Shown here: in pieces, positions 55,770-63,512 of the stretch | How positions within the stretch are numbered: position 1 is the stretch's first letter | Layout: every line of letters begins with the position of its first letter | Assembly (NCBI GenBank): GCA_016873845.1 | Contig: VGVX01000005.1 | Coordinates: 2,002 to 66,001 of the forward strand | From: Ignavibacteria bacterium | GTDB taxonomy: Bacteria; Bacteroidota; Ignavibacteria; Ch128b | Reading direction: 5' to 3' | Length of the DNA stretch: 64,000 bases | Position numbers and translations under genes: made by a program | The notes under the pieces: generated by a model | Seen by the model: only the letters and a program-made list of their open reading frames with translations | Told to the model about the DNA's origin: nothing | Database searches by the model: none

Positions 55770-58700
55770 ATGAATAATATCTCCATTCAAAATATTATCA
55801 GTAAGCTCGAAAGACAAATTAAAAAAGAAAACTTGGTTACAATTTTGTCGGGTTTCCTTTTCTCAGCTGTCGCAATTTTATTACCACTGACAATTCTTTC
55901 TTTGTTGGAATCTTATTTTTACTTCGATACAGATGTAAGAACAATTTTATTTTTTCTGTTTAGTGTTTTTGTACTAATCGTTTTTGTTGTTTCGTTAGTT
56001 CACCCATTCTTCAGATTTCGAATGCAGATGAAAGAAGATAAATACCTGAAATCTGCAAGAAAAGTTGGGGAAAAATTTCCGCAGATCAAGGACAAACTTG
56101 TAAATATTTTGCAGCTTGATTTTTCAAAAGATAAAGAAGAATATTTTTCAAATTCACTCATCGAGGCAGCGATTGAAAGTATAGAAGGTGAAACCTCGAC
56201 TTTTAAATTTGAAGAATCGGTTAATCAGGAACGAATAAACAATCCTGCTAAATACTTCGTGTTTTCAGTTCTGTTTTATGTTTTGTGTTTCTTCTTGCTC
56301 AGCGGCTTCAGTTCGGCATCATACAGAATTTTAAATTTTACAGAAGAATTTTTACCTCCAGCAAAATTTTATTTTGATGTAAAACCTGGAAATGGAAAAA
56401 TCACAAAGGGTGAAAACTTTGATATCAAAATTAGAATAATAGGTTACGAACTTAACAAAGTTGTGATCAATCATGGGCAGTCTGAATCTGAATACGTTGA
56501 AACCAAACAAATTACTGCTGACTCAAATGGTGTTTTTCAGCATACTTTCGTAAATCCATTAAGAGATTTTACTTACTTCATATCGGCAGATGGAGTTAGA
56601 AGTAAAAAATATGAAGTGCAAGTAGTTAATCGTCCAATTATTAAGAACCTGACAGTTCGAGTAATCCCTCCCGCTTATTCTAAATTGCCTATGCAGTTGA
56701 ATGAAGATAATGGGGATGTAAACACGCTTTATGGTTCTTCAATCGAATTGAATTTGACAGCGAGCAAAACACTTTCCTCAGCAAAAACATTATTTGCTGA
56801 TACAACTGAGTTGTTGATGAAAATTGAAAAAAGTAGAGCTTACATCAAGTTTCTTCCCCGAAAAGATGCGGCTTATCAACTTCTGATCTATGATGAAGAA
56901 GGAAACGAGAATGTTAATCCAGTCCGTTATAATATAAAACTGATTGCAGATAATTTTCCAAGCATAACGCTTTTAAAACCGCAGGAAACAGTTAATCTCA
57001 CAGATAACCAGCGTGTTTCAACTTTAATAAAAATCAAAGATGATTACGGATTCACGTCACTTACCTTGAATTACAGATTAAGTGATTCTCGGTACGAAAG
57101 GCCATGGGAGGAATATGAAAAAATCAACTTAAGTATTCCCGATAATCTTGAATCGGATATTGGTTATGTCTGGAATCTTTCTTCGCTCAACTTGGTCACA
57201 GATGATGTCGTCTCATATTATTTTGAAGTTTTTGATAATGATAACGTCAGCGGTCCAAAATCTGCAAAAACTGAAATTATGACTGTTAGAATTCCATCGC
57301 TTGATGAAATACTTGCCGAAGGAGATAAGACCTACGACACGGCAATTAAAGATATACAGCAGACTTTGAAAGAAACTGAGCAGCTTAAGAAAGATATTGA
57401 AGAGCTCGACAGAGATTTAAAATCTGCAAGAGAGAAAGTAACTTGGGAAGAACAGAAAAAAGCTGAAGAGATTCTGAAGAAACAACAAGAAATGATGAAG
57501 CGAGTTGAAAATATTCAGGATCAGATGAACGATCTTCAAAATAAATTGAGTGAGAACAACCTTCTTTCTCAAGAGACGCTCCAAAAATTCATGGAGCTTC
57601 AAGAGTTATTTAATCAGCTCAGTTCTGAAGAGATGAAAGCTGCAATGCAAAAACTGAATGAAGCTTTAAAAAATATCAACAAGCAAATGATGCAAGATGC
57701 CTTGAAGAACTTTCAATTTAATGAAGAGATGTTCAGAGCAAGCATCGAACGAACTTTAGAATTACTCAAACGGGTACAAATCGAGCAAAAAATGGATGAA
57801 ATCTCAAAACGGCTTGATGAATTAATGAATAAGCAGGATGACCTTTCACAAAGACTTCAGAACACAAATCCAAGTGATGAAAAATCTCTTCAAAATTTGA
57901 GTGAACAGCAGAAAAAACTTGCTGAAGAAATCGACAAACTCGAGAAAGAACTTGAAGATTTAGAGAAGAAAATGTCTGAGTTCCCAAAGGAAATGCCAGA
58001 AAAAGATTTGAAGAATATGATGCAGGAATTTTCTGAAGAAAATCCGAGTCAATGTTCAAATCAAGCGTCGAAAGAGATGATGGTAGGTCAGCTTTCAAAA
58101 GCTGGAAAGAATCAACAGAATGTGAAAAGCAGTCTTTCAAAGACGAAAAAAGGGATGTCTCAGCTAAAAGAGAAAATGATGCAGAATCAGATGATGATGG
58201 CAATGAATCAGATGAAAAAAATTATCAGCGAATTACTTGAGCTTTCTAAAAAGCAAGAAGCTCTTAAGAATAGAACTAATGCTGTTGATCCGAATTCTCC
58301 ACAATTAAATCAATCTGTTCAAGAACAGGCGGAACTCCGTGAAGATTTAAGCAAAGTAATAGACCAAATGATTGAACTCTCGAATAAAACATTTGCAGTA
58401 ACACCTGAAATGGGAAAAGCTGTTGGCAAAGCTAATTCTGAGATGGCTCAATCTCTCAATAACTTTCAGTTGCAAAATAAAATTGGCGGAGTGCAAAACC
58501 AAACAAACGCTATGGGCGCATTGAATGAAGCTGCAAGCTTAATTCAAGATATGATGCAGAACATGATGCAAGGAGGACAAGGCGGAGGATTGATGTCGTT
58601 TATGCAAAAGTTGAAACAGATGTCGCAGCAGCAAATGAATTTGAATAATCTAACTCAAATGCTTGGACAAGGAAAGCTAAGCATGGAACAGCTTTCACAA

Positions 58701-59138
58701 TTGCAAAGACTCGCTTCTGAACAAGAAATGATCAGAAAGTCGCTTGAAGAATTGAACCGTGAAATAAAAGAAAGCGGTGAAGGGAGTAAGATGCTTGGCG
58801 ATCTTGATGACGCAGTAAAAAAAATGGAAGAAGTGATTCGAGAAATGCGGCAAAACAATGTGAATAACGATGTGATCCAAAAGCAGGAAAAAATTCTAAC
58901 TCGTATGCTTGATGCGCAAAGATCTTTGAATGAACGTGATTATGAAAAACGCCGTGAATCAAAACCGGGCGAGGAGTTAGTGAAACGTCCGCCAACTGAA
59001 ATTGATTTTAACGAGGGAAAAGATAAACTGCGGCAGGATTTGATGCGGGCTTTAGAGGAAGGATATGCGAAAGATTATGAAATTCTAATTCGCAAATATT
59101 TTGAAGCGTTACAGAGAGAAAAACTGGGGCAGAAATAA
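55770..59138 (+). CDS. Large membrane-anchored protein with a very long coiled-coil and a Met/Gln-rich low-complexity C-terminal half (DUF4175-like by context).
   Basis: N-terminal TM helices are followed by about 600 aa of heptad-like E/K/Q/M-rich sequence (MMQNQMMMAMNQMKK; MQNMMQGGQGGGLMSFMQ). It is immediately downstream of the DUF4159 gene. Confidence 0.5.
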   Translation: MNNISIQNIISKLERQIKKENLVTILSGFLFSAVAILLPLTILSLLESYFYFDTDVRTILFFLFSVFVLIVFVVSLVHPFFRFRMQMKEDKYLKSARKVGEKFPQIKDKLVNILQLDFSKDKEEYFSNSLIEAAIESIEGETSTFKFEESVNQERINNPAKYFVFSVLFYVLCFFLLSGFSSASYRILNFTEEFLPPAKFYFDVKPGNGKITKGENFDIKIRIIGYELNKVVINHGQSESEYVETKQITADSNGVFQHTFVNPLRDFTYFISADGVRSKKYEVQVVNRPIIKNLTVRVIPPAYSKLPMQLNEDNGDVNTLYGSSIELNLTASKTLSSAKTLFADTTELLMKIEKSRAYIKFLPRKDAAYQLLIYDEEGNENVNPVRYNIKLIADNFPSITLLKPQETVNLTDNQRVSTLIKIKDDYGFTSLTLNYRLSDSRYERPWEEYEKINLSIPDNLESDIGYVWNLSSLNLVTDDVVSYYFEVFDNDNVSGPKSAKTEIMTVRIPSLDEILAEGDKTYDTAIKDIQQTLKETEQLKKDIEELDRDLKSAREKVTWEEQKKAEEILKKQQEMMKRVENIQDQMNDLQNKLSENNLLSQETLQKFMELQELFNQLSSEEMKAAMQKLNEALKNINKQMMQDALKNFQFNEEMFRASIERTLELLKRVQIEQKMDEISKRLDELMNKQDDLSQRLQNTNPSDEKSLQNLSEQQKKLAEEIDKLEKELEDLEKKMSEFPKEMPEKDLKNMMQEFSEENPSQCSNQASKEMMVGQLSKAGKNQQNVKSSLSKTKKGMSQLKEKMMQNQMMMAMNQMKKIISELLELSKKQEALKNRTNAVDPNSPQLNQSVQEQAELREDLSKVIDQMIELSNKTFAVTPEMGKAVGKANSEMAQSLNNFQLQNKIGGVQNQTNAMGALNEAASLIQDMMQNMMQGGQGGGLMSFMQKLKQMSQQQMNLNNLTQMLGQGKLSMEQLSQLQRLASEQEMIRKSLEELNREIKESGEGSKMLGDLDDAVKKMEEVIREMRQNNVNNDVIQKQEKILTRMLDAQRSLNERDYEKRRESKPGEELVKRPPTEIDFNEGKDKLRQDLMRALEEGYAKDYEILIRKYFEALQREKLGQK

Positions 59139-59406
59139 CAACACATTGAATTAAGTGTTTATAAAACCTGATGTCGCATTCAATTAGCTGCGTCTTACAT
59201 TTTAACGTCTCAGCAAGCAACTCAATATTTTTATGAGCATACAAATCTCATTCGAGCGAACAAAAGTATTGAGCGACAACTATAATTCGTTTTCATAAAT
59301 GGAGCGACGTTATTTGTCGTGTTAATTGCAGTGTGCTCTACGTGTACTTGATTATATCATAATTTGGTATTAATTTGTGCATGTTATTAGTCAAAGGAGA
59401 AAAACA

Positions 59407-59676
59407 ATGCCTATTATTAAATCCATATCAAGTTTACGTAATCGGACACGAGAAATTGCAAGTCTCTGTCACGATCAAGATGAACCCGTATATCTCACAA
59501 CCAATGGTGAAGGCGATTTGGTCGTGATGAGTATCGACCATTATGAACGATTGAAAGCCCAGGTCGATCTTTTCGAAAAACTATCCTTTGCTCAAGCACA
59601 ATCACTTACGGGGAAGAAAGGGAGTACGAACCAACAGATGATGGCAAAACTAAGAAGCCGCATCAATGCCCGTTAA
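59407..59676 (+). CDS. Phd/YefM-family antitoxin.
   Basis: The MPIIKSISSLRNRTREI...PVYLTTNGEGDLVVMSIDHYERL segment is present. The gene overlaps the toxin gene by 11 nt. Confidence 0.75.
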   Translation: MPIIKSISSLRNRTREIASLCHDQDEPVYLTTNGEGDLVVMSIDHYERLKAQVDLFEKLSFAQAQSLTGKKGSTNQQMMAKLRSRINAR

Positions 59677-59971
59677 ATCGACCCTTCGTTACCTTCCAGC
59701 TTCTCAGGACGATCTCTTATCCATTCTCGACTATATCGCCAAAGATAGCCCAAGTCGCGCTCTGAAATTTATCGACAAACTTGAAGCTCGTATTGGACTT
59801 TTAGAAAACAATCCAAAACTTGGTCGCATACCACGGCATCCGAAGCTTCGAGAGTACGGTTACCGAGTTCTCGCAATAGAATCATCTCTTGTTTTCTATA
59901 TCATTCGTGGACGGACCATCGAGATTCATCCTGTCGTTCATGGTTCTCGCAACCTTGATCATTTCATCTGA
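59666..59971 (+). CDS. RelE/ParE-family toxin.
   Basis: It is about 100 aa with the ...YRVLAIESSLVFYIIRGRTIEIHPVVHGSRN pattern typical of ParE/RelE. It follows the antitoxin with overlap. Confidence 0.7.
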   Translation: MPVKSTLRYLPASQDDLLSILDYIAKDSPSRALKFIDKLEARIGLLENNPKLGRIPRHPKLREYGYRVLAIESSLVFYIIRGRTIEIHPVVHGSRNLDHFI

Positions 59972-60030
59972 TTTACCAAATCTTATTTCAACTTGCCGGC
60001 GCATTGCACGTAACGGCTCGCATAAAAATG

Positions 60031-60081
60031 ACATACTGTTTGCCACTATAAATAGACAAATTATCTTGTGGCAAACAGTAT
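60031..60081. repeat. Perfect 15-bp inverted repeat (CATACTGTTTGCCAC / GTGGCAAACAGTATG) with a 21-nt loop.
   Basis: Read directly from the sequence, 60 nt after the relE-like stop. No T-tract follows it. Confidence 0.7.
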
Positions 60082-60282
60082 GTTCCCAAGAGCGAGACGT
60101 TTGATTTAACTATGTTTATTTTATGTTTCATTTTTATGCGTGTTAGCCGCAGTGCACGGTAATTAACATTTTTGAAACCTACTTCGAGAACAAGAGATGA
60201 CTGTGTTAAAAGTCAAGCATACTTTGGATGTACATAATCATCCACGTATGTTCTATTATTTTTAACTACTGCAAATAACTGT

Positions 60283-60517
60283 TTAACCAACTTCTTCGCA
60301 GGACATATTTAGGTGAGCGTAGCTTACACCAAGTTTAGAAGCTGTCAATCTAAAACGTTGAAATGCATGATCAATTTTTACCCAGGATGCAACATTATTT
60401 TCATCGGCGAAAAAATTTATCAAACCTTGTGTATGATCTAATAAATCTTTGAGGCGTTTTGCCTCGCTTTTAGAAGTAAAAAAGGCAAGGTCACTGTTCC
60501 CGAATGATGATGATCAT
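60283..60517 (-). pseudogene. C-terminal gene fragment with no start codon (possibly nitroreductase-like).
   Basis: The minus-strand frame ...FADENNVASWVKIDHAFQRFRLTASKLGVSYAHLN...* is open only to an upstream TGA and has no initiator codon. Confidence 0.3.
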
Positions 60518-60822
60518 AAAAAATGCTTTACCTGGTTTACAGAGCTCTCTCAAAGAAATGGACTATGCCCATTTGGAACTGAGCTATCGTTCTTTCTAAT
60601 TTTTCAATTATTTTTGGACAAAGGCTGGAGTCTTTTATATGAAAACAGACAGCCGTTCACACAAATTATTTTACACGCTCGAAGAAAATCAAAAAAGTCT
60701 TAGTAGCACTAACTAATTGAATTATTCTTGAAATCATCCAGGTTCTATAAAGTGAATTAATCATATTCTTTCTCAGATGTAACCAATTACTAATGACAAT
60801 TCTGAGATAAAATCACCATCTC

Positions 60823-61056
60823 CTAATTAATTTTTTTCAATGACATAGACTGAATCTTTGTGCTGGTGGCTTTTTCATAATAACTTTTAGACTCCTCTAT
60901 CTTACCATTTTTTTTATAAATTAAACTAAGATAATAGTAAGGCTGGTCGTATTCCGGGTAATATTTAATTGAATTCTCAAATGCTTCAATTGCCAGTTTA
61001 AATTTGTTTTGTAAAAAATAAAGCCTACCTAATTCATTATATTCAGTTAGAAAGAG
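60823..61056 (-). pseudogene. TPR-repeat protein fragment, N-terminally truncated.
   Basis: The minus-strand frame ...YNELGRLYFLQNKFKLAIEAFENSIKYYPEYDQPYYYLSLIYKKNGKIEESKSYYEKA...* contains a TPR motif and no start codon. Confidence 0.4.
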
Positions 61057-61151
61057 TTAACTTCAAAAGTTGTGTAAAATTATAAATTTTGAAAAGTTAG
61101 CAGTGACCCCTAAACTAGTAAAGAAAAAAAATAACAAAAGGAGCCACTGCA

Positions 61152-61740
61152 ATGTCAGAATATCTAAAAGAAATCAGACAATCAAGTAGTAACGACATAC
61201 TAGAAGAATTGGCCTTAGAAGGTTTTAAGGAAAAACTAATTGATCTACTTAATTCGGAGATAGACGAATACTTGGGCCATAAAAAGTACGAGCGAATACC
61301 AGAAGGAAGTAATTCCTATAGAAATGGTAGCTCAAAACCACGCCACATAAGTATAGGCAGTGGCACAACATATATAGAAGCTCCACGCTTACGAGAACAA
61401 TTTGAATCAGAGATACTCCGAAAATACCAATCCGAAGTGATCAACTTACAGAGATGATCTTAGATATGTATCTGCATGGTTTATCCACAGGAGACTTTTC
61501 AAAGTTCCTAGATAAGATATTAGGTGAAGAAGCATCGCTATCAAGTATAACTATTACACGGTTAAAAGAAAGTTGGCATCTAGAATATGAGGAATGGAGA
61601 CAACGTCCACTTGAAGAGTCATATCTTACATTTGGGCAGATGGAGTCTATCCCAAGGCCGGTCCATCAGACGAAAAGATGGCATTATTAGTTGTAATAGG
61701 GGTAAAATCAAATGGAGAAAAAGATATTTTATTTTTGAAG
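61152..61740 (+). mobile_element. IS256-family (mutator-type) transposase remnant. Only the N-terminal half of the protein (about 200 aa) is present. It carries two frameshifts and is truncated at its 3' end.
   Basis: Frame 1 reads ...KKYERIPEGSNSYRNGSSKPRHISIGSGTTYIEAPRLRE. After a -1 shift the next frame reads MILDMYLHGLSTGDF...EEWRQRPLEESYL. A third frame reads WADGVYPKAGPSDEKMALLVVIGVKSNGEKDILF. The DDE catalytic region is absent. Confidence 0.75.
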
Positions 61741-61841
61741 AGGGTTACGCGAAAGATTATGAAATTCTAATTCGCAAATATTTTGAAGCACTTCAAAAAT
61801 TGAATTTCAAACAAGAAAAATTTCACTTTATAACTACATGA
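61741..61841 (+). other. Paralogous copy of the 3' end of the DUF4175-like gene. It encodes ...EEGYAKDYEILIRKYFEALQ and shares a 42-nt exact core with 59066..59107.
   Basis: Direct comparison: gcgaaagattatgaaattctaattcgcaaatattttgaagc occurs at both sites, with about 85% identity over about 70 nt. Confidence 0.7.
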
Positions 61842-61893
61842 AAAGATTCTATCTTTTCACTGAGCTATTGAATCTAAGAAAGATAGAATCTTT
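61842..61893. repeat. Perfect 15-bp inverted repeat (AAAGATTCTATCTTT / AAAGATAGAATCTTT) with a loop of about 21 nt.
   Basis: Read directly from the sequence. Confidence 0.65.
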
Positions 61894-61924
61894 ACCTAAC
61901 TTAGACTTAAACTAAATTCTAAAA

Positions 61925-61969
61925 AAACCCGACTTTTCTGATTCGTTTATTTCATAAAAAGTCGGGTTT
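61925..61969. terminator. Bidirectional terminator-like hairpin: a 13-bp stem (AAACCCGACTTTT / AAAAGTCGGGTTT) with a 19-nt loop, with an A-run on one side and a T-run on the other.
   Basis: Read directly from the sequence, between the + strand island and the convergent DUF1579 gene. Confidence 0.55.
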
Positions 61970-61989
61970 ATTAAAACAAAAATTAATTC

Positions 61990-62577
61990 TTACTTCTTCC
62001 GTTTCATTTCAACGACCATATTGAGAAACTCATCTCCAAATGCGGAAGAATACATTTCCATAATGTGGAGATCCGGGCTTACAAATTTGATTACTTGACG
62101 GAAAGCATAATCCTTACTCGACATTGGATCGTACATCATTCCCTTTAAAGTAATAGAGTTATTCGCTTCGTCAAACGTACCACGTGCAATAGTTGTTCCG
62201 GTTCCGAGGTTATCATACCAAACTGATGTGAACTCGTTTTTTGCATTATCATATCCTACGATTTCAAGACCTTCAAAAGGCATCCCCATAACTTCACCTT
62301 TGTGAACACTTTTCATATATCTATTCCCGAGTATCATTTCGGATGTAGTTGTGCCTTCCCAAGTTGTCGGTTCGGTGCCCGGTGCCCACCACATTTTGGA
62401 GTATGAGGTCCATTCACCTGCACTTTTTGCCATCGCATCGTGCGTCATACTTGGTGTCATGTATTCCATCCAAGCTTTTTGTTCAGCTTCCATTTGTTCA
62501 GGTGTATAATCCTGCGCATGAGATTGAAAAACAAAAATTACACAAACAAATAAGAAAGTTAAAATAGTTTTTGTCAT
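61990..62577 (-). CDS. DUF1579-family secreted protein.
   Basis: A signal peptide is present, and the W/G-rich pattern (WEGTTTSEMILGNRY...FEGLEIVGYD) resembles DUF1579. Confidence 0.5.
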   Translation of the reverse strand: MTKTILTFLFVCVIFVFQSHAQDYTPEQMEAEQKAWMEYMTPSMTHDAMAKSAGEWTSYSKMWWAPGTEPTTWEGTTTSEMILGNRYMKSVHKGEVMGMPFEGLEIVGYDNAKNEFTSVWYDNLGTGTTIARGTFDEANNSITLKGMMYDPMSSKDYAFRQVIKFVSPDLHIMEMYSSAFGDEFLNMVVEMKRKK

Positions 62578-62650
62578 GATATGACTCCTTATTTTTGATT
62601 ATTGATTAATTAGTTAACACTTAATTACGTGATAATAGTTTCAAGTAAAT

Positions 62651-63502
62651 CTAAACTGGATCAATGTGTACAAAAACCTCTGCAACATCCCTTAATTCTC
62701 TGATTGCTTTTTTTACATCTAAACCGATATCATGCGACATTTTAGTTGTATAGTCTTTATCTATTTCGATATGGATCTCTATGTGATATTTGTTACCAAT
62801 GTAATGAGATTTAAGATCGTTCATCCCCTTTACACCATCAATTTTCAAAGCGAGATTCGCAACTTCAATCATTAACTCTTTGTCAGCGGCTTTCCCCATC
62901 AGGTAATCAATATTTTCTTTTGCTACATGGTAACCGCTTCTGAAAATAAAAAATGCAATTAGAATTCCAGCAATTCCATCAAAATATTTGAATCCGAACG
63001 CCGAAATAATAATTCCAGTAAGTGCGATAAAAGAAGATAGAACATCATTAAAACTATCAACTCCAAGTGCTCTTATTGCTGGACTGTTATACTTTCGACT
63101 GACTCTGCTGAAATAGAAAGTCATAAAGCTTTTAAGGAAAATCGTAATGGCTAATACTATCAATGGAAAAGTAATTGCATCTAAGATCGAAGGTTCAATT
63201 ATTCTCGTTATAGATTCTCGGATTACGGTTATTCCAGCAACTCCTGCGAAAATTGCGAGGATCATTGCTGCTATAGGCTGTGCAGCATGATGTCCATATT
63301 GGTGATCATGATCAGCTTGCTTGTAGGAAACCTTGACACTGAAATGCACAGCATAGTTTGTCAGTATGTCCGTGAATGAATTTATTGCATCAGAGATTAA
63401 TGCGATGCTGTTTGATAGAATTCCCGCGGTTAACTTTATAACGAATAAAAATATGTTCGATATTAAAGAAAACTTTGAAGCTTTTTCGACTTTATGCTGC
63501 AT
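62651..63502 (-). CDS. Cation diffusion facilitator (CDF) family divalent-metal efflux transporter.
   Basis: Six TM helices, a His-rich loop (HDHQYGHH), and the ISDAINSFTD motif are present. Confidence 0.8.
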   Translation of the reverse strand: MQHKVEKASKFSLISNIFLFVIKLTAGILSNSIALISDAINSFTDILTNYAVHFSVKVSYKQADHDHQYGHHAAQPIAAMILAIFAGVAGITVIRESITRIIEPSILDAITFPLIVLAITIFLKSFMTFYFSRVSRKYNSPAIRALGVDSFNDVLSSFIALTGIIISAFGFKYFDGIAGILIAFFIFRSGYHVAKENIDYLMGKAADKELMIEVANLALKIDGVKGMNDLKSHYIGNKYHIEIHIEIDKDYTTKMSHDIGLDVKKAIRELRDVAEVFVHIDPV

Positions 63503-63512
63503 GGATTAAGTT

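Noticed and set aside
60031-60081. Integron attC site after the TA cassette.
   Set aside because: No GTTRRRY/RYYYAAC core sites are present, there are no extrahelical bases, and there is no integrase gene. It is a perfect symmetric hairpin rather than an attC bulged structure.
60449-60703. An 84-aa plus-strand ORF inside the island.
   Set aside because: It has no recognisable domain and overlaps the minus-strand gene fragment. It is probably spurious.
61454-61690. Programmed -1 frameshift in the IS256 transposase.
   Set aside because: IS256-family transposases are single-ORF proteins. There is a second shift and a 3' truncation, and no slippery heptamer, so this is decay.
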